Shown: positions 8,097-16,775, counted from the first letter of the stretch. The stretch: DNA of 31,198 nt from Inquilinus sp. (GCA_013003675.1 JABDIP010000452.1:1-31198), one strand, 5' to 3'. The notes: generated by a model not told the origin, from the sequence alone. A program made the numbers and translations.

Positions 8097-9029
8097 GTGA
8101 CCGACATCTTGATCTCCGAGTTCATGGACGCGGCGGCTATCGACGGGCTGTCCGCCGACTTCGCCGTCCGCTACGACCGTACGCTGGTCGACCGGCCGGA
8201 CGAGCTTCGGGCGGCGGTGGCCGGCGTGCGGGCGCTGATCGTCCGCAACCGCACCCAGGTGCGCGGGGCGCTGCTGGGGGCGGCCGGATCGCTGGAGGCG
8301 GTCGGTCGGCTCGGCGTCGGACTCGACAACATCGATGTCGACGCCTGCAAGGCGCGAGGGATTGCCGTGCTGCCGGCAACCGGCGCCAACGACGTCAGCG
8401 TTGCCGAATACGTCGTCGGCGGCTTGCTGATGCTGCTGCGCGGCGCCTATTTCGCCAGCGCTGCCGTGGCCGCCGGCGACTGGCCGCGCGAGCGGCTGAT
8501 CGGACGCGAGGCCGCCGGGATGACGCTCGGCCTGGTCGGCTTTGGCGGGATTGCCCGCGCCGTCGCGCGCCGGGCGGCGGCACTGGAGATGCGGCTGGTC
8601 GGCCACGACCCGTACCTCGCCGACGACGATCCGGCCTGGGCCGGGCATGGGACGACGCCGGTGCCGTTCGACCGGCTGCTCGCCGGGGCCGACGTGGTCA
8701 GCCTGCACGTGCCGCTGACCGACGCCACCCGCCATCTGATCGGCGCCGCGGCGCTGGCCGCGATGCGTGACGGCGCGGTGCTGATCAACGCCGCGCGCGG
8801 TGGCGTCGTCGATGAGGCGGCGCTGGCGGACGCCCTGCGCGGCGGGACGCTGGGGGGTGCGATGCTGGATGTCTTCGAGCGGGAACCGCTGCCGGCCGGC
8901 GCCGGGTTCGAGGATCTGCCGAATCTGATCCTGACCCCGCACATCGCCGGGGTGACGCAGCAATCGAATGTGCGGGTCAGCGCGGTGGTCGCCGACAAGG
9001 TGCGCCGGATTTTGGGGGTGCGGCAATGA
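8097..9029 (+). CDS. slcC: D-isomer 2-hydroxyacid dehydrogenase, (S)-sulfolactate dehydrogenase SlcC-like
   Basis: GRLGVGLDNID, GLVGFGGIA, SLHVPLT, INAARG and TPHIAG; N-terminus ILISEFMD; sulfolactate gene context. Confidence 0.8.
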   Translation: MTDILISEFMDAAAIDGLSADFAVRYDRTLVDRPDELRAAVAGVRALIVRNRTQVRGALLGAAGSLEAVGRLGVGLDNIDVDACKARGIAVLPATGANDVSVAEYVVGGLLMLLRGAYFASAAVAAGDWPRERLIGREAAGMTLGLVGFGGIARAVARRAAALEMRLVGHDPYLADDDPAWAGHGTTPVPFDRLLAGADVVSLHVPLTDATRHLIGAAALAAMRDGAVLINAARGGVVDEAALADALRGGTLGGAMLDVFEREPLPAGAGFEDLPNLILTPHIAGVTQQSNVRVSAVVADKVRRILGVRQ

Positions 9030-10033
9030 GTAGCAAGCGTCTTTCTCTCGCCGAGGCCCGCGACTTGGCGGCCCTGGTCCTGCGCAGGGCGAACACCGAA
9101 TCTGCGAATGCGGCGGTGGTCGCCGAGGCGCTGGTGCTGGCCGAGGCCGATTTGCTCTCCTCGCACGGGCTCGCCCGGCTGCCGGCCTATGCCGATCAGG
9201 CCGCCGCCGGCAAGGTCGATGGCCATGCGGTACCCACCCTCCGACAGACCAGGCCGGCGGCATTGCTGGTCGATGCCGGGACCGGGTTCGCCTTTCCCGC
9301 CATCGACAAGGGACTGCCGGCACTGCAGGCCCTGGCCGGTGAGACCGGGATTGCCGCGCTGGCGATCGGCAATTCGCACCATTTCGGCGTCGCCGGCCAC
9401 CCCGTCGAGGCGCTGGCGCGGGCCGGCATGCTCGGCATTGCCATGGGCAACGCGCCGGCAGCGATCGCCCCCTGGGGCGGCCACAAGCCCTTGTTCGGCA
9501 CCAATCCGATCGCCTTTGCCTGTCCGCGCGAGGGCCATGACCCGATCGTCGTCGATCTGAGCCTGAGCCGCGTCGCCCGCGGCAAGGTGATGCTCGCCGC
9601 CCAGCGCGGCCAGCCGATCCCCGACAATTGGGCGCTCGACGCCGACGGCAGCCCGACCACCGATGCGAAGGCGGCGCTGGAAGGCAGCATGCTGCCGTTG
9701 GGCGATGCCAAGGGCGCGGCGCTGGTCCTGATGGTGGAGATCCTGGCGACCTGCCTCACCGGGTCGAATTTCGGCTACGAGGCTTCGACCTTCTTCAATG
9801 CCAAGGGCGGACCGCCCCGGGTCGGCCAGTTCTTCCTGGCGATCGCGCCGGAGGCCATGGGAGGAGACAATTTCGCCACCCGCGTCGAGACGCTGATCTC
9901 GGCGATTCTTGACCAGCCGGGGACCCGGCTGCCCGGCATCCGGCGCTTCGAGGCCAGGGCGCAGTCGGAACGCGACGGGATCGTGCTGCCCGAAGCGCTT
10001 TACGCCGATATCGCGGCGCGTGCCGCCGGGTAG
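9026..10033 (+). CDS. comC: Ldh_2/ComC-family dehydrogenase, (R)-sulfolactate dehydrogenase-like
   Basis: SHGLARL, NSHHFG, FGTNPIAFA and GDAKGAAL; ATGA overlap with slcC. Confidence 0.8.
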   Translation: MSSKRLSLAEARDLAALVLRRANTESANAAVVAEALVLAEADLLSSHGLARLPAYADQAAAGKVDGHAVPTLRQTRPAALLVDAGTGFAFPAIDKGLPALQALAGETGIAALAIGNSHHFGVAGHPVEALARAGMLGIAMGNAPAAIAPWGGHKPLFGTNPIAFACPREGHDPIVVDLSLSRVARGKVMLAAQRGQPIPDNWALDADGSPTTDAKAALEGSMLPLGDAKGAALVLMVEILATCLTGSNFGYEASTFFNAKGGPPRVGQFFLAIAPEAMGGDNFATRVETLISAILDQPGTRLPGIRRFEARAQSERDGIVLPEALYADIAARAAG

Positions 10034-10256
10034 CGAACCCTCACAGGCTCCGGCCGCCGGTTCCGCTCGCATTTCACCAAATCTATACACTTCCCGCTGA
10101 CTATAGCGATCAGACACTTATTCGTGTCTTGGTAGTAGTCACCCCTAGCGGACTGACGTTTTCAGACGTTCTGTCGTCAGATTGCCTATTTAAATCGCCC
10201 ATGGACTATGAGGGCGGCGGCGACCCGGCTGGGGCCAAACATAGGGGGAAGATACC

Positions 10257-11195
10257 TTGTTCAAGCAACCGAGATGGACGCGACTGGCGGCGGCCATCCT
10301 GGCCGTCGTGCTTTCTTCCGGTCCTTCGCGAGCCGACGAACCGACCGCCTCTCGCGAGCAGACGCTCGTGGTGGGGCGGGTGTCGCAGGACCCGGTCAAG
10401 ACGTTGCCGCGCCTGCGCGCCATGGCCGCCTATCTGGAAACCCGGCTGGCGAGCGCCGGCATCACCGCCAGCGAGGTCATTGTCGTTCGCAGCAACGCGG
10501 AAATGGTGGAGCTGCTGCGCTCGGGCGCCGTCGACATGGTCTCGGAAACCGCCATGTCGGCCTTTCAGTTCGTCGAGAAGGCGGACGCCGAAATCCTCTT
10601 GCGCGAATGGAAGCGCGGCGTTGCCGAATACGAGTCGATCCTGATCGTTGGGCGGAACAGCGGCATCACCATGATCGAGGAACTGCGCGATCATGTGATC
10701 GCCTTCGAGGACCCTGGCTCGACCAGCGGTTTCCTGATGCCGATGGCGCTTCTCAGCGAAAACGGCATCTGCGCCGTCCAGCTCGCGGCCCCCGGCCAGC
10801 GGCCGCCGGCCGGCTGCGTCGGCTATCTGTTCACGAATGGCGAGATCAACATCGCCGCCTGGGTCGCGCGGGGCATCACCGACGCCGGCGCGCTCAACAA
10901 CCTCGATTGGGCCGATGAGTCGCGGACGCCGCCGGCGTTGCAGGCGGAGCTGGACATCTTCATGGCCAGCCCGCGGATTCCGCGGTCGGTCGTTCTGGTC
11001 CGCGGCAACACGCGCCCGGAACTACGTGCGGCGCTCCGCGATACCCTGATCGGCATGGAAGCTGACGAACTGGCGGTGGAGGTTCTCAAGATCTACTACG
11101 GCGTCAGCCGCTACGATCCGTTCGTTGGCCAGACCGCGCTCGACCTTGCGGCCGTCCAGCGTCACTACGAGGCGGTCCGCGCCCGACTGCAGTAG
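10257..11195 (+). CDS. PhnD/SsuA-like (phosphate/phosphite/phosphonate) periplasmic substrate-binding protein
   Basis: TTG start after GGGGG, Sec-type signal peptide, YESILIV and IAFEDPGSTSGFLMP oxyanion-binding motif. Confidence 0.8.
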   Translation: MFKQPRWTRLAAAILAVVLSSGPSRADEPTASREQTLVVGRVSQDPVKTLPRLRAMAAYLETRLASAGITASEVIVVRSNAEMVELLRSGAVDMVSETAMSAFQFVEKADAEILLREWKRGVAEYESILIVGRNSGITMIEELRDHVIAFEDPGSTSGFLMPMALLSENGICAVQLAAPGQRPPAGCVGYLFTNGEINIAAWVARGITDAGALNNLDWADESRTPPALQAELDIFMASPRIPRSVVLVRGNTRPELRAALRDTLIGMEADELAVEVLKIYYGVSRYDPFVGQTALDLAAVQRHYEAVRARLQ

Positions 11196-13115
11196 ATGCG
11201 CCTGCGCCTTGAAACACGCTACTCGCTGGCGATCCTGGGCCTGATCGGGTTCGTGGTCGCCAGCCTGTCCACCAGTCTCGTGGTGGCGTCGTGGCGGACC
11301 GCCGAGGCGACAAGGACGGCCAGCGTAGCCGCCATGCAAGAGGCGTTGAGCCGGCAGATCGAGGAGAATGCGGTTGCCGAGGCCGAAGTGCTCGCCGCTT
11401 CGCTCGCCGCGCCGGTCTATTTTCTCGATTTCAGCGTAATCGGCGATCTGCTTGGGTCGACCAAGGCGGCGCAACACATCGTTATCGTGAATCTCGAGGA
11501 TACCGCCGGACGCATCATTCACGACGGCTCGCTCACCCTCGAGAATTACGGCCTGACGAGTGGCAACGCGTCGCGCCGGGACCGTGCCCTGGGCGGCGAG
11601 CGGATAACATGGATCGAGGGCGACGTCTTCAATGTCTACATGCCGGTGGCGATCGGCGATGAGCCGATGGCCTTGCTGCATCTCGGTCTTTCGATGGAGC
11701 GGGCGCGGACCGCGGTGGCGTCGCTGGACACCGACATGCGCCGGATCAGCGAATCCGGTACCGCCCGCACCCTGGCCCTGTCGATCCTGCTATCCCTGCT
11801 GCTGGCGGCGCTCGGCGTATTGCTGGCCTTCTTGGTCGCCCGCCGATTGACCAAGCCGATCCTCAAGCTGTCCGAACTGACCCACCGCGTCGGCCAAGGC
11901 GACTATGACGGCGATCTCGACATCGAGCGCGGCGACGAGATCGGCGATCTGGCGCAGTCCTTCAGCCAGATGACCAAGGATCTGAAACGCACGACGGTGT
12001 CGACCGCCTATCTCGACAATATCCTGCGCAGCATGATGGATCCGCTGTTCGTCCTAGGACCGACGGGCGAGATCCGTACCGTCAACCAATCGGCCTGCGA
12101 TCTGCTGAAATGCGCGGAGGCGGATCTGATCGGCCGACCCGTCGACGGCATGATCCAGGTTGACGACCCCGCGGCGTCACCGGGCATGGGCGGCGCGGAA
12201 GGCGAGTTGTTGTGCTGCGACGGCAGCCGTGTCGCGGTACTGGTCTCGCGCTCGGCGATCGAGCTGCCGAACGGGGCCGGCAGCGTCTGCGTCGTGCGCG
12301 ACATCACCGAACGCAAGCGGTCGGAGATCGCCCTGCGCGCCGCCAAGGAAGACGCCGAACTGGCCAGTCGCACCAAGAGCGAGTTCCTGGCCAATATGAG
12401 CCATGAACTGCGGACGCCGCTCAACGCCATCATCGGCTTCTCCGAGACGATGGTGAACGAACTCTTCGGGCCGGTCGGCTCACCGCGCTATGGCGAGTAC
12501 GCCAACGATATCCGGGAGAGCGGACGACATCTCCTCGGCATCATCGGCGAGATCCTCGACATGGCGAAGATCGAGGCCGGCAAGCTCGACCTCGACGACG
12601 GACCGATGGATCTGGGCTCGGTGGTCACTGCGGCGATGCGGCTGGTCCACTCGCGGGCGGAAAGCCCGGACCTGTCGGTAACTGTGGCGGTGGCGGATGA
12701 CGCCGTCCTCTACGGCGACGAGAAGCTGGTCAAGCAGATCATCCTCAATCTCGCCTCGAACGCCTTCAAGTTCACGCCGGCCGGCGGGCTGGTCTCGATC
12801 AAGGTCCGATATCGCGCCGATGACGGCCTGACGCTGGCGGTCCGGGACAATGGCGTCGGGATCGCCCGCGGCGAGATCGCCAAGGCGATGCAGCCTTTCG
12901 GCCAGGTCGACAGCACGTTGTCGCGCGCCCAGGGCGGCACGGGGCTAGGCCTGCCTCTGGTCCGCGCCTTCACCGAGTTGCACGGTGGCAATTTCCGGCT
13001 GCTGAGCGGCTTCGGGCGCGGCACCGTGGCGCTGGTCGATTTCCCCCCGGTACGGACCCGGCGCAGGAACAAGCCGAACAAGCGGCGACCGGCCGACCGC
13101 GCGAGGGCGTCGTAG
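11196..13115 (+). CDS. Membrane sensor histidine kinase (TM-periplasmic-TM-HAMP-PAS-HisKA-HATPase), PleC/DivJ-like H box
   Basis: HAMP (RGDEIGDLAQSFSQM), PAS (YLDNILRSMMDPLFVL...VNQSAC), EFLANMSHELRTPLNAIIGFSE, NLASNAFKFT, DNGVGI and GGTGLGL; no receiver domain. Confidence 0.93.
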   Translation: MRLRLETRYSLAILGLIGFVVASLSTSLVVASWRTAEATRTASVAAMQEALSRQIEENAVAEAEVLAASLAAPVYFLDFSVIGDLLGSTKAAQHIVIVNLEDTAGRIIHDGSLTLENYGLTSGNASRRDRALGGERITWIEGDVFNVYMPVAIGDEPMALLHLGLSMERARTAVASLDTDMRRISESGTARTLALSILLSLLLAALGVLLAFLVARRLTKPILKLSELTHRVGQGDYDGDLDIERGDEIGDLAQSFSQMTKDLKRTTVSTAYLDNILRSMMDPLFVLGPTGEIRTVNQSACDLLKCAEADLIGRPVDGMIQVDDPAASPGMGGAEGELLCCDGSRVAVLVSRSAIELPNGAGSVCVVRDITERKRSEIALRAAKEDAELASRTKSEFLANMSHELRTPLNAIIGFSETMVNELFGPVGSPRYGEYANDIRESGRHLLGIIGEILDMAKIEAGKLDLDDGPMDLGSVVTAAMRLVHSRAESPDLSVTVAVADDAVLYGDEKLVKQIILNLASNAFKFTPAGGLVSIKVRYRADDGLTLAVRDNGVGIARGEIAKAMQPFGQVDSTLSRAQGGTGLGLPLVRAFTELHGGNFRLLSGFGRGTVALVDFPPVRTRRRNKPNKRRPADRARAS

Positions 13116-13177
13116 GTCAGCCGCTGAAATCTCAGCCTTGGTTCCCGGTCCACGTCAGCGGATCAGGGGCCGATCGC

Positions 13178-16100
13178 TCAGCCGAAGAAGCCGATCCGGT
13201 GCGCGGTCGCCGTCGAGATGCGGCGGACCAGTTCATGGAGCCCCAGCAGCGGCTGGAACAGCCCTTCATTCTCGAAGCGATAGCCCTGGCTGTCGTCCGG
13301 CAGATAGTTGGCCGGCTCGCCGAAATCCTGCAACACGATCGTGTCGTGCGTCGTCGGGAAGATCTCCTGCAGCAATTCGACCACCGCCGGCACGTCGAGG
13401 TGCAGCAGGCGCGTGACGATCTGCTGCGGCGTGGCGGCGTGGCGGCTGGAGAATTCCGGGATGCGCACGGCCAGTGCGAAGATCTCGTGGATCACCGCCA
13501 GCCGGATGGCGTGAAGCAGGCCGATGGCGTCCTTTGTCTCCCGGGTGACCAGGGCGCCGCACCCGGCCGGGCGTCCCTCGGTCGCCATCCCGGCGAGGGA
13601 TTTGACCAGGATCTGGAAGTCCTTGTGGAGGCGGCGGAACACTCGCATCTGGCGTTCGTGGAGGGCGGATTCCTCCAGATAACTGGCCAGGGTGAACATC
13701 TCCTCCGCCTTGCCGCGATCCTCCACGGTTCCGGCACGGATGATCCAGAATCCAGGGTCGAGGCTGTCGACGTAACCCTTCATGACATTCGGATCGCTGA
13801 CCGCGGCGCCGTATTCGACGATTCCCATCAATTGGCGCAGCCGGCGCGACTTGCCGTAGAGCTCGCGGAACTGCTCCGGCTCCTTGGCGATCGCGGCGCC
13901 GACGCCGCCGATGCTGTTGGCCAGCAGTCCGAGTTGCATCAGTACCGCGTTGTGCGGGATCGCGCGAAGCTGCGAGGCGTGCGCGTGATCGATCTCGCTG
14001 GGGTCCTCATGCTGCCGTTTCGGCGCCCGGCTGCCGGACGGGAACAGCAGGTTGGCGCCGAACGCCATCAGCAGGACGCCATAGTTGCGGTCGTCCATCA
14101 GCCCGACCTGGAACTCCTTCACGGTGGTGAAGAACTCGCGGATGTAGGAGGCCTCGTCATAGAACGGATCGTCGGCGCTGCCCACCGGCCGGGCCAGCGT
14201 GTGCTCCAGGACCCGGGTCACCACGGCGAAGGCGGCGGCCTGGTTGGCGAAATAGAGGAAGCCGTCGCCGCCCTGAAAGCTGACCTCCTGTTTAAAGTCG
14301 ACGCCGCAATCGGCCATGTAGCCGCGCGTCGCCTGGGTGTCGACGTAGTTCAGCCGTTCCTCGAAGCTGGCCGGATGGGCGCCGCGGCCGATCGACTCGC
14401 CATGGGTGTCGAAGATCAGCAACTGGACGCCGGCCAGCTTGTGCTTGGCCATTACCCGGATCAGGCGCAGGCGTAGCCGTTCGATCGACGCCGAGGCCGG
14501 GGTCTGGCCGAGATAGCGCCCGGCGTCGGAAAACCCGGTCTGGATGCACAGTCGCCCGCGCGCCTCGACATAGGCGCGGTAGTGGGGGTTCTCCAATAGC
14601 TGTTCGACGACCCGGCTGCCCGCTTCCAATGCCCGCTCGGTCTCGAATAGCGGCGAGATGTCGACATCGCGATCGACGCCGAACAGCCGGGCGAAATAGA
14701 GCGCCGTCAGCACCGTGAAGGCGCTCTCGGTTTCCGCGATCAGGAAGCGCACCGGCGCCGACCGGCCGCCGTATTTGAGCATCTGGGCCACGACCATGAA
14801 GAGCTGCTTGACCGAGGTGCGCTCGCTCAGGATCGAACCGAAATTGATGCTGACCGGTTCGACCGCGTCCAGCAGCTCGTTGAGGCGGTCGATATACGAT
14901 TGCCGGTAGCGGGGATCGCCGGGGTCGCTGACCAGTCCGACCAACCGGCGGACCCCGTTGTGCACCTGCTTGGCATTGATGCGGACATGGGTGTGCGCCA
15001 TGCCGAGACCGAGATTGGAAAGTTCGGCACGCAGGGTGCACAGCCTGGTCAGCAGATCGGGGTCGTCGGTTCGGCCGATCGCCCTTGCGACCATCTCGAT
15101 CAGATCGCCGGCATCGGCGAGGCGGAGCGTCATGCCCTCGTACATGCGCCGCGAGACAGCCTTGATCTGCTCGCGCGCCTCGGCCTCGCTGGGCTCCGCG
15201 CCGCCGAATACCGACAGTTCGTCGGAGATCTGGTTGATGGCGAGCGCGATGCGGCTTTCCATCAGGTCCAATGGCTCGCGCAGCGAGCGCGCGTCGCGCC
15301 CGGCATCGCCGCGGATCGAGCGCACCGTTTCAAGATAATGCGCCAGCTGGTGGCGCACGATCTTCAGCCGCTTGACCAGCGTGTCGGTCCAGCGAATGTC
15401 CGAGCGGCCGTCCAGATCGTAGCCGACCCAGGTGGCGACGGTGACCAGCCGGGGGACCAACTCGGTCCATCGGTCCGGATAGGTCTGGCGGGCGACGTCG
15501 AGCAAGATGCCGTTGGCGCGGCGCAATGCGACCTGGATGTTGGCGATGGCCTCCAACGACAGATCATGCTCGCGGGTCAGGTCCAGATCGCGGTCGGGAC
15601 GGTGCTCCTCGCGACGGGCGCGGGAGACCAGCGCCGCCTTGCCGTCGTCGGTGAGCGGCTGGCCGTCCTCGCCGTGGCCGGTCGCCAGCGCCGCCAGGCC
15701 GCGCATCAGCGATGCGGAATTGCTGAAGGTCGGATGGGCGGTGGTGACGATGCCGAAATCCTCCCGCGACACGCGCCGGGCGAATTCCTCGAAGGGCACC
15801 GTCTGGCTGTTCTCGCCAGACTGGGTGAGGGCGGCGAATACCGCGCGCAGCCGTGCCTCGTTCGCTTCCGGTCCGGTTTCGCCGAGATAGCGCCCGAAAC
15901 GCCGGGCCCGGTCGAGATAGCCCTCCACCGTCAGATGCTGGACCAGCTGTTCGAGGGCGCCGAGGCTAAGATGGCCCTGCTCGAGACGGCGCGAGAGATC
16001 GAGCGCCAGCAGCAGGATCGGGTTGCTGAACGGGTTTTCGTCGGTCGCCCTTGAGAACTGCCGCAATTCGGCGGTCAGTTCCGTTGCCAGAGCGGCGGCG

Positions 16101-16219
16101 TCGGTCGGCACCGAGGACGGGAAGACGGCGGCGTCGCCGAGCATGTCGCCCGGCGCGGCGGCCGCCTTCGCCGGGTCGTGCGACGCGCGCCGGCGTGTCG
16201 CCTTGGCCCCTTCCGCCAT
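13178..16219 (-). CDS. ppc: Phosphoenolpyruvate carboxylase, divergent type
   Basis: TAHPT, WVGYDLDGR, PLFET, GFSD, THGESIGRG and LRAIP. The start at 16219 (MAEGAKA) has GAGGAG upstream. Confidence 0.85.
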   Translation of the reverse strand: MAEGAKATRRRASHDPAKAAAAPGDMLGDAAVFPSSVPTDAAALATELTAELRQFSRATDENPFSNPILLLALDLSRRLEQGHLSLGALEQLVQHLTVEGYLDRARRFGRYLGETGPEANEARLRAVFAALTQSGENSQTVPFEEFARRVSREDFGIVTTAHPTFSNSASLMRGLAALATGHGEDGQPLTDDGKAALVSRARREEHRPDRDLDLTREHDLSLEAIANIQVALRRANGILLDVARQTYPDRWTELVPRLVTVATWVGYDLDGRSDIRWTDTLVKRLKIVRHQLAHYLETVRSIRGDAGRDARSLREPLDLMESRIALAINQISDELSVFGGAEPSEAEAREQIKAVSRRMYEGMTLRLADAGDLIEMVARAIGRTDDPDLLTRLCTLRAELSNLGLGMAHTHVRINAKQVHNGVRRLVGLVSDPGDPRYRQSYIDRLNELLDAVEPVSINFGSILSERTSVKQLFMVVAQMLKYGGRSAPVRFLIAETESAFTVLTALYFARLFGVDRDVDISPLFETERALEAGSRVVEQLLENPHYRAYVEARGRLCIQTGFSDAGRYLGQTPASASIERLRLRLIRVMAKHKLAGVQLLIFDTHGESIGRGAHPASFEERLNYVDTQATRGYMADCGVDFKQEVSFQGGDGFLYFANQAAAFAVVTRVLEHTLARPVGSADDPFYDEASYIREFFTTVKEFQVGLMDDRNYGVLLMAFGANLLFPSGSRAPKRQHEDPSEIDHAHASQLRAIPHNAVLMQLGLLANSIGGVGAAIAKEPEQFRELYGKSRRLRQLMGIVEYGAAVSDPNVMKGYVDSLDPGFWIIRAGTVEDRGKAEEMFTLASYLEESALHERQMRVFRRLHKDFQILVKSLAGMATEGRPAGCGALVTRETKDAIGLLHAIRLAVIHEIFALAVRIPEFSSRHAATPQQIVTRLLHLDVPAVVELLQEIFPTTHDTIVLQDFGEPANYLPDDSQGYRFENEGLFQPLLGLHELVRRISTATAHRIGFFG

Positions 16220-16560
16220 GGTCGGCCGCTCCTCTTTCCCAATCCAAGTGTATGCTAGTGCTTCGGTTGTGCGGCGCGGCAACGGTCTTGTCAACGCCGC
16301 GCCTCGGCAGGCGGCCACGCGACCGGTGTTTTCCTAAAATGCCAATCGAATGCTTTTAACCTCCTATTAAAAAGCTCGGGATAGGATCACGAACTTACGG
16401 CAACGAGCGCAGCCCAATCCGGCTGGATCCGGAACGAGGCGCTTCGGGATAAGGGCAGTGGGGCCGTGTTGTGTCGGAATGGCGGGCTTGGCGGGTCGCC
16501 CTGACACGAGGTCGAAAAAGGGACTGCCGACCGGGCGCCGATGGCGCGCTCATCTGCCGT

Positions 16561-16775
16561 TAAAGAAGAGGCCCTGGTGCTTTGGGGGAGCACCAGGGCC
16601 TCTTTATTGGTGGCCGGGTTTACCAGGGTTTCGGAGGGGAAGGGCCCGAAACGCTAGCCAGGAGCCACCCGCTGCAGCCTCTCTAGACGGACAGGGCGTA
16701 AAGGTGCGGTTGGGGGGACACCGAACGCTCTAGGAACTCCGCTTTAAGACCGCAACTCTGCAGCGGACGCTGCAG
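16561..16775 (-). ncRNA. Candidate structured small RNA with C-rich loops (family not recognised)
   Basis: Three hairpins whose minus-strand loops read UCCCCCCAACCG, GCCCUUCCCCU and CCCCCAA, the last being terminator-like; no credible ORF. Boundaries and strand are uncertain. Confidence 0.4.
16566..16604. terminator. Perfect 16-bp stem hairpin with U-rich flanks on both strands; intrinsic terminator-like
   Basis: AAGAGGCCCTGGTGCT / TTGGGGG / AGCACCAGGGCCTCTT. Confidence 0.7.

Noticed and set aside
605-10117. Long antisense or alternate-frame ORFs (605-1813, 1726-2628, 3773-4945, 5524-6768, 8040-9323, 8447-10117)
   Set aside because: They overlap well-supported genes, have Arg/Pro/Ala-rich or shadow composition, and show no family motifs. 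The same applies to 13199-14476, 14900-16054, 20652-22124, 22187-23416 and 25631-26818.
10257-11195. Phosphonate ABC uptake operon (phnCDE)
   Set aside because: No ATPase, permease or C-P lyase genes are adjacent.
16376-16560. Resemblance of GGGATAGGATC to the alphaproteobacterial tmRNA 5' piece, and of CCGCAACT (16750s) to a cobalamin riboswitch
   Set aside because: No tag reading frame, acceptor-stem partner or other conserved riboswitch elements were found.
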